This document shows positions 10,903 through 20,730 of a stretch of 64,000 nucleotides of DNA, piece by piece; positions within the stretch are counted from its first letter, which is position 1, and every line of letters starts with the position of its first letter. Under the pieces are notes generated by a model. It was not told the origin of the DNA. It saw only the letters and a list, made by a program, of their open reading frames with translations, and did no database searches. The translations under genes were made by a program, and so were the position numbers. The DNA lies in assembly GCA_000146465.1 (NCBI GenBank), contig CP001945.1. The stretch is one strand, 5' to 3'.

Positions 10903-11900
10903 ATGATAACTATCAAAGAGGCCTTGAACCAAGCTATAGATGAAGAGATGGAAATGGATAAGAGAGTGTTTGTTCTTGGGGAGGAGGTGGGCATATCTGG
11001 AGGAAACAAAGGAGTCACTAGAGGTCTATACGAGAAGTATGGAAAGTGGAGAGTTCTTGATACACCCATCAGTGAAATGGGATTCACAGGCCTGGGTGTG
11101 GGGCATCCTATCTAGGCCTAAGGCCGATAATTGAGTTTATGACATGGAACTTTGCATTGCAGTCTATTGACCATATAATCAACTCGTGTGCCAAGACACT
11201 GTACATGTCTGGGGGGAAAGTTAGTTGCCCTATTGTATTTAGAGGGCCTAATGGATTCAATCCTGGATATGCAGCTCAACACACACAAGACTTCTGCAGC
11301 TACTATGGTGCAGTCCCCGGTCTTAAGGTTGTCGCTCCCTTCACAGCAAAGGATCATAAAGGATTACTGAAATCGGCGATCCGAGATAACAATCCAGTGG
11401 TATTTTTGGAAAATGAGACGCTTTACGATGATACATATAAGGACATAGAACAGGGATACATGCAATCACTAGATAAAGCTGTGATCGAAGTAGAAGGGTG
11501 CGACGTCACTCTTGTAGGAATTTCACTTTCAGTAAAGACATGTCTGGAGGCTGCTAAGGCACTGAAAGATCTAGGGATTTCTTGTGAAGTTATCAACCTC
11601 GTGTCGATCAAGCCCATAGATAAACAAACATTATTGACCTCTGCCAAGAAGACAAAGCATGTGTTTGTAATTGATTTTGCATGGCCATCGTTCAGTGTTG
11701 CTTCCGAGATTTCTGCAATAATACACGAGAACTGCTTTAAAGATTTGATGGCTTCTGTTCAAAGAATAAACGCAAAAGACATTCCTACTCCCTACTCAGA
11801 GAAAATAGAAGCAATGGCGTTTCCAACATGTACAGATGTCATTGATTCGGTGGTTGAAGTCTATAAAAGCACCTCCAAAGATAATAAATTAGGTCTTTAA
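10903..11900 (+). CDS. PDB1: Pyruvate dehydrogenase E1 component beta subunit. The reading frame is interrupted by a 1-nt indel in a G4 run (11100-11103), splitting it into ORFs 10903..11115 and 11139..11900
   Basis: [16 protein letters not shown]...VFVLGEEVG...[27 protein letters not shown] in frame 1 continues as [38 protein letters not shown] in the -1 frame. Together they are colinear with PDHB (…[20 protein letters not shown]…). The rest of the transketolase C-terminal domain is intact. Confidence 0.8.
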
Positions 11901-11908
11901 TTTCTACT

Positions 11909-12268
11909 CTAAAGAAGTTCTTCAAACTCAACTAATCCACTGTTTTTATCGTTAACAGCAAATGTGTCGTCATTTATTTCTCCATCCTCCTTCAATATCT
12001 TAATTTCTTTTGGCATATACTTCCTGTCAATATCTGCCCTCTTCTCATCCCCGTCTCTAACACGTAGTAAAACTATGTCGCCTGGAATCATTCGAACACG
12101 TCTGTAGTCTCTTCCACGAACCTTTGCAGTCCTGTAAACTCCGTCAGAACAACTTACCTTAAACTGTCCTTGGCCAAGGGGACATATTATTTGCCCATAC
12201 ACAGTCCCCTCTTCTTCTGCAAATACCAAAGCTCTGTCGTTCGTAAATCTTCCTTTCCTTCCTTTCAT
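11909..12268 (-). CDS. TIF11: Translation initiation factor eIF1A
   Basis: S1/OB-fold core with LVFAEEEGTVYGQIICPLGQGQFKVSCSDGVYRTAKVRGRDYRRVRMIPGDIVLLRVRD, closely colinear with eIF1A, and an acidic C-terminal tail. Confidence 0.85.
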   Translation of the reverse strand: MKGRKGRFTNDRALVFAEEEGTVYGQIICPLGQGQFKVSCSDGVYRTAKVRGRDYRRVRMIPGDIVLLRVRDGDEKRADIDRKYMPKEIKILKEDGEINDDTFAVNDKNSGLVEFEELL

Positions 12269-12332
12269 CCACCCCTAGATCTCCGCCAATTTTATCACAA
12301 CCAATCTTGTAAAGAAAATTCAAAAGTCAACA

Positions 12333-12917
12333 TTAGGGGCCATGAGTTTTAATTATCCCTTTTGAAGCCATGTATGCAGCTAGGCTCCTACTCGCAATTC
12401 CCCTATGGCTTATCCTGTTTTTCTCGTCAGTTGGCATATTTTTTAGGACACCATTAAATCCATCGGGAATGAAAATATACCCAAATTCTGTTTTGCAATC
12501 TTTCTCTGGCTCTGTGATAGAGCCCTTCAGTTTCCCTGAAAACACCTTCTTGACTATTTCTCCATTTTCATAATGGGCAATTCCCAAGCTACAGACTGCT
12601 GTGGCGCTTTTATTCCCTATCTTCTCTACAATCTCCCAAATCTTCCGGGTGCCTATTTCGAGAAAATCCTTCACATAGACACCGGGAAATCCTCCTAAGG
12701 CTTCAAGAGAAAACGAAGTGTCGTCAACTATCACTGCATCCTTTGGGTTTATAAAGGGCGCCGCTTGATCCAGTTTGTGTTCTACAATCTTTTCTGAAGG
12801 CCCTTGGATTTCGGTCATTGAAATTCTCATGTGATCTATGTCTGTCTTGAGGAACTCTTTAACCTCATTTAGTTTTTTCAAATTGGTTGTTGCAAAATAA
12901 ATTTTCCCCGTGGTCAT
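12333..12917 (-). CDS. HAM1: Inosine triphosphate pyrophosphatase (Ham1/ITPA family)
   Basis: Ham1 signatures FATTNLKKLNEV, VDDTSFSLEALGGFPG and ISHRG. Confidence 0.85.
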   Translation of the reverse strand: MTTGKIYFATTNLKKLNEVKEFLKTDIDHMRISMTEIQGPSEKIVEHKLDQAAPFINPKDAVIVDDTSFSLEALGGFPGVYVKDFLEIGTRKIWEIVEKIGNKSATAVCSLGIAHYENGEIVKKVFSGKLKGSITEPEKDCKTEFGYIFIPDGFNGVLKNMPTDEKNRISHRGIASRSLAAYMASKGIIKTHGP

Positions 12918-13132
12918 TCCTAAGGGTATCAGTTCGTTAATAATTCACTCCTTCCTGTATTTTTCGATCCCTCATGCCGTTCTTTCAAAAGACAGGTGAA
13001 TGTGAATATGAATTAGCACGGAGTAATTTCACAAGGAGCTATCCGGATAAGCCTAAGTCTATTAAAACAATTGGTAATAATCTATTTATGGAAACAAACT
13101 AATTTTTTAAATCGTAAAATAGTTTGCCCTAA

Positions 13133-14344
13133 ATGAAAGGAGGCTTGAGTGTTACATCGGCAATAGTAACAATGGTAACATCGATGATGGGTACTGGAAT
13201 CAACTACATGCCATATGCATTTAAAAGTGTTGGATACATCAGGGGGATTCTTCTGATAAATGGAGTGGGAATTCTAACGTTTTTCTCTCTATATGCGATC
13301 TCAATTGCAGCAAATAGATCCAAGGAGCAAAACCCAACCTATTCCTCATTATCAACACACATCTCGAAGGCACTTAAGATCTTAGTGGATATGTCTATTT
13401 TCAGTTCGTGTTTTGGAGTGAATATTGTGTTCTACAGATATCTTGCGGAGCTCATCACGATCATGGTTCCAATAGGCAAGTATGTGGATCCAGAAATAGG
13501 GAGAAAGATAGTTATTGGAGCTCTTTCAATTCCATTTCTGCTTCTATCATTACAAAAGAATCTTTCGAACCTCAAAGTGACATCCTATATTACGGTGGCT
13601 TCTGTAAGCTATCTTGCAGTACTGATGGGGATTTACTGTCTTTTTATTGGAGGAAAAAGTGCTGAAGAGCCAATGCAGAGGTTTGGAAGCAACTTTTCAG
13701 GTGGGATTTCCTGCTTTATGTTTGCATTGTCCTGCCAAGCAAATATGGTCAAGACATACACCGAGATGGAGCATAAGTCTCCAAGCAACATAATCAAAGT
13801 CGCAATGGGAGCTTCGTTGATAGGAACTCTTATTTATGGAAGTGTTGGGCTTTGTGGATATGCTGTGTTTGGGGACACCATCAAAGGTTCGATAATTGAT
13901 ATACTGATAAGCCCAGAAAGCAGTATCAACTTATATCTCATGAGAAACACCATCGACAAGTACGCACTATCTTCAAAGATGGCTTGCATCGGGGCGATGC
14001 TGGTTCTGTTTGGGGCATTCCCGGTTCAGATGAACCCGTTGGTTGGAATACCCCTTAGCTACTTCGCTCGGGAAGGGAGCAACGAAGATGCAGTAAGGAG
14101 AAAGGTAGTCTCCGTGCTTATGATTTTATTCTTATCGTTGTCTCTTCTGGAAGATCTTAACATTGACACTATTCTTCAGATGGTAGGCGCCACAGCAGTT
14201 AACCTGGTGTCTTTTACCTATCCCTTCATCTATTACCTATATTTCAGAAGCAAAGTGGACTTCATGTCTGGCTTGGCTTTGTTTGGAATAATTGGTAGTA
14301 TAGCATCTATGATCTACATGTCATACAACATAATGTTATCATAA
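13133..14344 (+). CDS. Amino-acid transporter, Aa_trans/AVT-like family (about 10-11 TM)
   Basis: 403-aa polytopic protein. N-terminal MVTSMMGTGINYMPYAFKSVG is typical of the Aa_trans family, and hydrophobic helices are spaced regularly. Confidence 0.6.
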   Translation: MKGGLSVTSAIVTMVTSMMGTGINYMPYAFKSVGYIRGILLINGVGILTFFSLYAISIAANRSKEQNPTYSSLSTHISKALKILVDMSIFSSCFGVNIVFYRYLAELITIMVPIGKYVDPEIGRKIVIGALSIPFLLLSLQKNLSNLKVTSYITVASVSYLAVLMGIYCLFIGGKSAEEPMQRFGSNFSGGISCFMFALSCQANMVKTYTEMEHKSPSNIIKVAMGASLIGTLIYGSVGLCGYAVFGDTIKGSIIDILISPESSINLYLMRNTIDKYALSSKMACIGAMLVLFGAFPVQMNPLVGIPLSYFAREGSNEDAVRRKVVSVLMILFLSLSLLEDLNIDTILQMVGATAVNLVSFTYPFIYYLYFRSKVDFMSGLALFGIIGSIASMIYMSYNIMLS

Positions 14345-14451
14345 TAGTTCTTAGTTGGGAAATCTCTAGGGAAATTTAATTAGTTCAAAAACTCTTTCTA
14401 GAAAGTTGAAGATTTTAATTAAAGCATCTGTTGAGTTCAAATTGTTATGAG

Positions 14452-15501
14452 TTACTCTAGTCTCTTCAACAACTCAAAGACCCTTTCCTGCACATCCTTG
14501 TTACAAAAAAGAGGTGTTCTATGGCACGCATCGTTCATATCAATGCATATCCACCTGTTGATAAATGCAGTAGGATCTCTCTCAAATTCATTTAGCACCC
14601 TCTCTCTTTCTTCACACCTCTTCAGCAGCTGCCTAAGAGATTCAATTTTTCTGTCAAGCGCATGGATTTTTTTGGTATAAAGCGTAGGATATTGGTGTAG
14701 GTCATCCCATTCAAATGGAATATCAAATATCTCGGTGTACTCATCGACCGGGGGGATATCAACTATCAGGTAGTCCAAAGCACACAAATGTGGAGCCACA
14801 AGCCCCGGAAGTTCGGGAAATGAAAATCTGTCCACTCCAAGAATATCTTTCAGTAAGGGATTGCATTCAACTATATCCGAGTCAATAGACATCAATCCGC
14901 TCTTGTTTATGTATCTCCACAAGTGTGTTATCACATTTGGCTTTGTGTCTGTGTATCTCCCCAGGATATTACTCAGCTTTGGAGACAATCTGAAGATTTC
15001 TCTTGGGTTTTCAAGGTCGAACATCAATCTTATGGTCTTCGGGCTTTTATCACTGTTCACCTCAAACGCTTCAGCGTCTCCATTACACTTTGTCCATTCG
15101 AAGAAGTTTTCCATGGACATATTCTTACATTTCATCTGTCCTAGTTGGCCTTCTTGATCCCCAGTCATGTCTTCTTCCATACCCCTATCACTTTCATCCG
15201 ATCCAGAGGAAGGCCCAAAGTGAATATCAGCTGTTGTAGGAATAGAGCTATCAAATATAACACAGAATCTTTTCACAACATCGGAAAACTTCATTTGCCC
15301 TCCATTCTTATAGTCATTGATCACTCTACTATCAAGGCGTATGAATATACCCTTCTTCATAGCAACCTTGACATAACATCGGAGAGACTTCTTGCATTTG
15401 ATTCTTTTGAGATACTCGGCTTCCATATTCAGTTTCTTTTCTAAGCATAACCGGTCAATCTCTGCCTCAATGTTTTGTAACTTGTCGTACAAGACGGTCA
15501 T
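14452..15501 (-). CDS. SWIB/MDM2-domain protein, BAF60/Snf12/Rsc6-like chromatin-remodelling subunit
   Basis: SWIB domain RLSPKLSNILGRYTDTKPNVITHLWRYINKSGL, with acidic and coiled-coil flanks. Confidence 0.55.
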   Translation of the reverse strand: MTVLYDKLQNIEAEIDRLCLEKKLNMEAEYLKRIKCKKSLRCYVKVAMKKGIFIRLDSRVINDYKNGGQMKFSDVVKRFCVIFDSSIPTTADIHFGPSSGSDESDRGMEEDMTGDQEGQLGQMKCKNMSMENFFEWTKCNGDAEAFEVNSDKSPKTIRLMFDLENPREIFRLSPKLSNILGRYTDTKPNVITHLWRYINKSGLMSIDSDIVECNPLLKDILGVDRFSFPELPGLVAPHLCALDYLIVDIPPVDEYTEIFDIPFEWDDLHQYPTLYTKKIHALDRKIESLRQLLKRCEERERVLNEFERDPTAFINRWICIDMNDACHRTPLFCNKDVQERVFELLKRLE

Positions 15502-15585
15502 TCCTCTCTAACTGGGGTATGTGAAGAAAGTTATTCGAATACATCCAGTACAAAGTAAACATTTACCTAAAGTTTTCTATTACGA

Positions 15586-18087
15586 GTGTATGCATCGTAC
15601 ATCTTGGAGATTTTGGGAGTGAGACACCCATTCCCCTATCCTCATTCAATTGTTTTCCTGGAATACCCTGGAATGAACAGAAAAGAATTATACGAAATGT
15701 TTAACCATGGAGAACCCGCAGACACAGGCTCTGTAGACATGGACGAGGCCGAATATATTCGGCTATCTTACATTACCAACTTTTCAAGGGATGACATTCT
15801 TCTGGATCTAATTCCAAGATACAAGTCTTCATACAGTCCTGAGGGCACCCGGTTCTTTGTTGAAACGATAGCCATGATTGTGGATAATCCAAGGATGGCA
15901 GGATGTGTATTCAGCCCTATTTCCCTCACAACCCTTGTTGTGAATTCTTTTGGGACATCATACTTTGATGTTATGGATTGCTTTGAAAGGCTAAGCGAAG
16001 TCGAAGGGATGCCAAAAAAGGTATTCCTTCCGATGATCTACGGACTGTCGTTTAGATGTTCTAAAATGGATGCTACATCAAATATAGCCAGCTATAGCTC
16101 TGCACTTGAAACACTGGCAGGTCTCCCTAGTGTTCTTGAAGAACTTAAGAACGAAGTCTACTGGGGCCTGTGTGACCTTAGACCTGGAAGAGATGTTGTT
16201 CTTGACTTTCCTGTGTACTCTGGGTTTGCTTGTGCCTTTCCTTGCTTTCTTGATGGATTCTTCGAGCCTTTCATATACAAGAAATGTGACTATGCAACAC
16301 CTGCCCACGACTACCTTGGGATTTCTATGAGGGAAGTGGTGGAGAAGTCCCGGAGATCGTACCATTCCCTCTGTGATCATTCTTACAAGATGCATCAAAT
16401 AATATACTCGATCATAAGATCTTCGAAAGAATTGAGGATTAATTTCATGAAATATGTATGCAAGGTCATATCGGTGAGTAAAGAAAGGAATAAGACTGTT
16501 TTCAACTGGAGAGAAAATATAAGCGATGGGTTTGCATACAATATGTCCATGGTCATGAGCAGGTTTAATGGAAAGATAATTGACAGAAACATGACCGATA
16601 AAATAAACCCAGAGAGTGTGGAAGAGATCTCTGTGGATTCATTTCCAACATTCTGCTACTTCTCAAAGATCCATCTACAGTTTACATCCTGTGTCAAGTT
16701 TGGAGAATACATTAGAAGCCTTGCTTATGAATACAGGCTCCTCGATGGAGACGGAGGAGAAAGAATAGAGGCATATAGAAAAGGAATCGACTCAAAGATG
16801 AGTGCTTTGAACGGTCTTCTTTTTATGACAGATCTCTTTTCAGACGAGAAGGCATTTACGGATTTCATGACCGAATACACTGCAGAAACTGAGTACCCAT
16901 GGCCAGACTACTACTATAGGACACTCCTATGGATGCAGGAGATGACTATTGACATCATGAAGTCGGCAACAATTTCGAGTTCATTGAATAAGGTTATGGA
17001 GAATATCATGGACTGGAAAAGTCCTCTTTTTAAGAAAGAGGTTGTGAAGATACTAAGCCATCGAAGCAACTCCATAAAGTTCACCATGCTCAATCGGGTG
17101 ATAGATTACTATAACTCTTTGGGGAGAGATGAGATGAGGATGGAACCTAGAAGCATAATCCATTCTATCTTCAAGGAGGGAAGAGTGTTTGCTAAAATGA
17201 ATGTTTGCAGAAGAAACATCACATTCATCAACTGCATGATGAAGGACTTTGAATACAGCTTGTCTGAGGGTCTTTCTTCAATCAAGGATATAAAGGAAGA
17301 CATGAAGACTGTTGAAGAGCTTAGCAGGGAACTGGAAGAAGTTAAGAAAAAGAACTCCGAAATCAAAAAGGCAGAGTCGATCAACGAAAGAATAATTTCC
17401 ATGAAGAAGAGTATCCGTTTCTCCAAAAGTAAGGCAAGAAACTCCTTCCTATATGTTGATGGGTGCTTTGACTTGTTTATGCATATCCTCGACGAAAAGC
17501 CTGACTTGTTTTTGGTGGAAGAGATGATCTCGAACTTTGTGAGAGTTCTGAATTGCAATCTGAAAGTGATTGCAGGGCCTAGATGCACAGACCTTGTGAT
17601 CAAGTCTCCAGAGCAGTACGGCTTTGACGCTAAAAACCTCCTGAGGAGAATGGTCATGATCTATATAAAGATTAGGAGCTCTAAGTTTGTTGAGATGGTG
17701 GCCAATGACAAGATGTACTTTGACATTGAGTTCTTCCGCACAGCTCTTCGGATATGCGAGAATAAGTATCTCATCAACGAGTCTCAGTTGGAAGAGCTGA
17801 GAAGCCTTATCTCTGATCTGGAGAAAGTCGAGGTGGTGGAGAAGATCGAGTCTGTTCCTGACGAGTTTATTGATCCACTAACGTTCAACCCAATAAGAAA
17901 TCCAGTGAAGCTCTTGACTTCTCGGATAACTGTAGACAAATCCACATACGATATGTTAATGATGAATGGAGGAATGGATCCATTCAACAGAATGCCTCTT
18001 ACAGAGGACATGGTTGTGGAGGATTCCGAACTCAAAGAGAAGATAGACAGATACTATAGCTATAGTAGTAAAGGGAAAGAAATCTGA
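15586..18087 (+). CDS. UFD2: Ubiquitin conjugation factor E4 (Ufd2) with C-terminal U-box
   Basis: C-terminal U-box PDEFIDPLTFNPIRNPVKLLTSRITVDKSTYDMLMMNGGMDPFNRMPLTEDMVVEDSELKEKIDRYY, preceded by a long Ufd2 core. The true start could be the internal Met MNRKELYEMF. Confidence 0.75.
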   Translation: MYASYILEILGVRHPFPYPHSIVFLEYPGMNRKELYEMFNHGEPADTGSVDMDEAEYIRLSYITNFSRDDILLDLIPRYKSSYSPEGTRFFVETIAMIVDNPRMAGCVFSPISLTTLVVNSFGTSYFDVMDCFERLSEVEGMPKKVFLPMIYGLSFRCSKMDATSNIASYSSALETLAGLPSVLEELKNEVYWGLCDLRPGRDVVLDFPVYSGFACAFPCFLDGFFEPFIYKKCDYATPAHDYLGISMREVVEKSRRSYHSLCDHSYKMHQIIYSIIRSSKELRINFMKYVCKVISVSKERNKTVFNWRENISDGFAYNMSMVMSRFNGKIIDRNMTDKINPESVEEISVDSFPTFCYFSKIHLQFTSCVKFGEYIRSLAYEYRLLDGDGGERIEAYRKGIDSKMSALNGLLFMTDLFSDEKAFTDFMTEYTAETEYPWPDYYYRTLLWMQEMTIDIMKSATISSSLNKVMENIMDWKSPLFKKEVVKILSHRSNSIKFTMLNRVIDYYNSLGRDEMRMEPRSIIHSIFKEGRVFAKMNVCRRNITFINCMMKDFEYSLSEGLSSIKDIKEDMKTVEELSRELEEVKKKNSEIKKAESINERIISMKKSIRFSKSKARNSFLYVDGCFDLFMHILDEKPDLFLVEEMISNFVRVLNCNLKVIAGPRCTDLVIKSPEQYGFDAKNLLRRMVMIYIKIRSSKFVEMVANDKMYFDIEFFRTALRICENKYLINESQLEELRSLISDLEKVEVVEKIESVPDEFIDPLTFNPIRNPVKLLTSRITVDKSTYDMLMMNGGMDPFNRMPLTEDMVVEDSELKEKIDRYYSYSSKGKEI

Positions 18088-18169
18088 TTATTTGGTTTCT
18101 GGTGGTAAATAGAATTGGCGGCATTATGTTATTTTATATTAAGTTCGTGCTCTCAAGAGCCCTTCCGAT

Positions 18170-18748
18170 TTGATGACCCAAGGAAAATTTATTGTATTCG
18201 AAGGATTGGATAGATCTGGAAAGACAACCATAGTTGATAGCTTATATGATAGCCTTTCTTCCATGGGGGATGTTCGAAAGATGAGGTTTCCTAATAGAAG
18301 CGGCAATATAGGAAAAGTCATAGATGCATACCTACGGAAAGAAATCAATCTGGAAAACGAAACCATTCACCTGCTGTTCAGTGGAGATAGATATGAACAA
18401 AAAAGTACAATCGAGGAGCTTAGGAAGAGCTCTATACTTCTCTGCGATCGCTATTCCCTAAGCGGGGCATCTTATTCTGTAGCCAAGGGCTTAGATCTCG
18501 ACTGGTGCGTTATGGTTGATTCTGGACTTCCCAAGCCTGACATGACTATTTTCATAGATATCCCTCTAGATGAAATATCTCGAAGAAAAGGATTTGGAAA
18601 CGAAGTTCACGACCACCTTCCATTTTTAGAGAAAGTTCTTTCTGCATACAAGGTCCTTCTTAAAAGAGAAAAAAATGTCCTTATTGTCGATGGAACTTTT
18701 CCTATCTCCTCCATTGTTGAAATTGTGAAAAGAAAAATACTTGAATAG
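18170..18748 (+). CDS. CDC8: Thymidylate kinase
   Basis: P-loop IVFEGLDRSGKTT, the DRY motif and LID-region RFPNRSGNIGKV. Length is 192 aa. Confidence 0.85.
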   Translation: MMTQGKFIVFEGLDRSGKTTIVDSLYDSLSSMGDVRKMRFPNRSGNIGKVIDAYLRKEINLENETIHLLFSGDRYEQKSTIEELRKSSILLCDRYSLSGASYSVAKGLDLDWCVMVDSGLPKPDMTIFIDIPLDEISRRKGFGNEVHDHLPFLEKVLSAYKVLLKREKNVLIVDGTFPISSIVEIVKRKILE

Positions 18749-18824
18749 TTTCTTTATTAGTACCTGAGGAGATCAGTGCTCACGTACAAGATCTTTAAAG
18801 AAATTGGTTCTTCTCGGGATACTC

Positions 18825-19817
18825 CTATTCAACCCTTTCCAAATCTGAAGGCGTGATACATTTTTCATCCTTCTCTCCATGTTCTCTGTCACTATCTCCG
18901 ATAAGATCCTTTCCTCCATGGGTTTGCAAGATATATTTGGTGAGATAGTACTTGGTCTGCGTAGAATTTTTGCATGTGTTAGGAAAGAGATCAAGAATAT
19001 TATTGTATGCTTCTTTTCTTGCCTTATTAAAAGAGATACTCTTCTGATTCATAAGTGAGGTCTTAATAAAAAGTAAAAAGTACTCACTGACGTTGAATAG
19101 AAAACCCTCTTTCTGGAAACCTTTAAATAAGGAAAGGTCCTCGGAATAAAGATGATAACTCCGAATGTCTTCTGCAATTGCACTGAACACCCCTTCCATT
19201 TTGTTCTCGCAATCCTTTACATATTTGTTTGCTTCCTCATCCGATGGCTTCTCGGCCGAATCCAGGCCCGGCAACCCCCAGTCGAGTTCCCTTTCTTTCT
19301 GGAAGATCTCAAGTACCATTAGAGACACATAGTACTCTGTCTTGCAATCCCCAGGTTGAATTGGCCTTTCTAGCTTCTCGATCCCAGACTTTATAAGACT
19401 TGCCAGGCAGTCGCAGATCTTAGTGTCGTTTTTGGGAATCTTTCCATATTTCCTCTTTGAGGCCAATGTTTTCGTATTAGACAATTTTCCCTTAGACCTC
19501 TCCTTCTTTACATCATTTCCTTTATCGAGAGACCCAGTACCTGATTTCAAGAGCTTGGATCGTTCCCTTGCCTTGTGTACACTCAACACTTTCTTGGCGC
19601 TGTATGGTAGTCTTCCCTTATATACAAAGAAATCCTCTAGTTTACACTCTATCATCACCATCTGTGTCTCTCCCTCAAAAGGTTCTATGAACGGGTCGTT
19701 ATAGTCATATTCGTCGGCCCTTTGTCTTCTCTTCCTCGGCTTCTCCTTCTTCAGGAGATCTATCTCTTTGGATTCCATAACACTTACCTGAACTGTAATC
19801 TCTTTTTCAAAGTTCAT
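18825..19817 (-). CDS. Hypothetical basic, serine/lysine-rich nuclear-type protein; possible HUN-like acidic motif (EYDYNDPFIEPFEGE)
   Basis: Intact 330-aa ORF with Lys/Arg-rich patches and a DPFI-type acidic motif reminiscent of Hpc2/ubinuclein. No firm family call. Confidence 0.35.
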   Translation of the reverse strand: MNFEKEITVQVSVMESKEIDLLKKEKPRKRRQRADEYDYNDPFIEPFEGETQMVMIECKLEDFFVYKGRLPYSAKKVLSVHKARERSKLLKSGTGSLDKGNDVKKERSKGKLSNTKTLASKRKYGKIPKNDTKICDCLASLIKSGIEKLERPIQPGDCKTEYYVSLMVLEIFQKERELDWGLPGLDSAEKPSDEEANKYVKDCENKMEGVFSAIAEDIRSYHLYSEDLSLFKGFQKEGFLFNVSEYFLLFIKTSLMNQKSISFNKARKEAYNNILDLFPNTCKNSTQTKYYLTKYILQTHGGKDLIGDSDREHGEKDEKCITPSDLERVE

Positions 19818-19893
19818 TGTAAAAGTAAAAGGGATAAGCTATTGCATAGAGAAAGGCGTCTTTATTATCTGTTTTCTAACTATAGAAGAATAA

Positions 19894-20619
19894 TTAAGTT
19901 CTCTCCTGAACGCCACCAGATCTTTTGGTCTTCTTGAGTTTGATGTCTCTGAGATCCTGCTTGTCAATATAAATAGTCCCTATCCTATCGTTGAATAAAT
20001 TCTTGGTTGTATTCCTCCTGGGCTTGCTCGGCTCATCAAGTGCCTTTTTATAAAGCTCGTCACTACAATGATAGCTTCTTGCAAGCTCCATTTCAAACAA
20101 AGGCCCACAATCCTCAACACTAAGATCCTTTAAAACCCGGACATACTTCAGTACATATCCGCTTTCTGTCCTTGCAAAGACCCATGAGTATCTTATCCCT
20201 TCTAGACAGACCTTGGAACTTCTCATGTTGAAAAGATCTATCACAAGACTTTCCAGCCTAGGGTTATTAATGTTCTCTAGAACCACAAAATATTTCATAT
20301 GGAGCTCTGGGCTTACACACTCAAAGTCCGACACCGGTTGATATTTATTTATCTTGAACTCAACCATATCTATAATCTCATCGTTGAAAGTACGTCCAAT
20401 CACAAGGAGATTCTCCTTGGTTACAGAAATAAATATCCCGGACTTCTTCTTCTTCATCAACTTCTCCACTTGCTCCACACAATCAAAAGCACTTATCTTT
20501 TCCTGTATGTGGATTGTATCTCCTCTTATAGCGCCTATCTCTCTTTGGATCTTTTCTCCCTCGCTGCTGCAGATCACCGAGAGCAAGATCTTCCTTTCAC
20601 GAGGCCTCTTCACTCTCAT
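19894..20619 (-). CDS. RPF2: Ribosome production factor 2 (Brix domain)
   Basis: The C-terminal block DRIGTIYIDKQDLRDIKLKKTKRSG closely matches the Rpf2 signature (LGRIHMGKQDLGKLQTRKMKG). Brix-domain length and organisation fit. Confidence 0.7.
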   Translation of the reverse strand: MRVKRPRERKILLSVICSSEGEKIQREIGAIRGDTIHIQEKISAFDCVEQVEKLMKKKKSGIFISVTKENLLVIGRTFNDEIIDMVEFKINKYQPVSDFECVSPELHMKYFVVLENINNPRLESLVIDLFNMRSSKVCLEGIRYSWVFARTESGYVLKYVRVLKDLSVEDCGPLFEMELARSYHCSDELYKKALDEPSKPRRNTTKNLFNDRIGTIYIDKQDLRDIKLKKTKRSGGVQERT

Positions 20620-20730
20620 TTGTGGGTAAAAAATTGAAGCCAGATGTACAAACAGAAATAAGCACTAGTATCTTTCTTTAAAGCCAGGAGACAGCAGGAT
20701 GCTTCTTTACAGTTCAATAAAACAAAATTA

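Noticed and set aside
10903-11115. Treating the two PDH E1-beta pieces as separate genes
   Set aside because: Both pieces are colinear with one protein and are separated only by a 1-nt frameshift in a G4 run. They are not two independent ORFs
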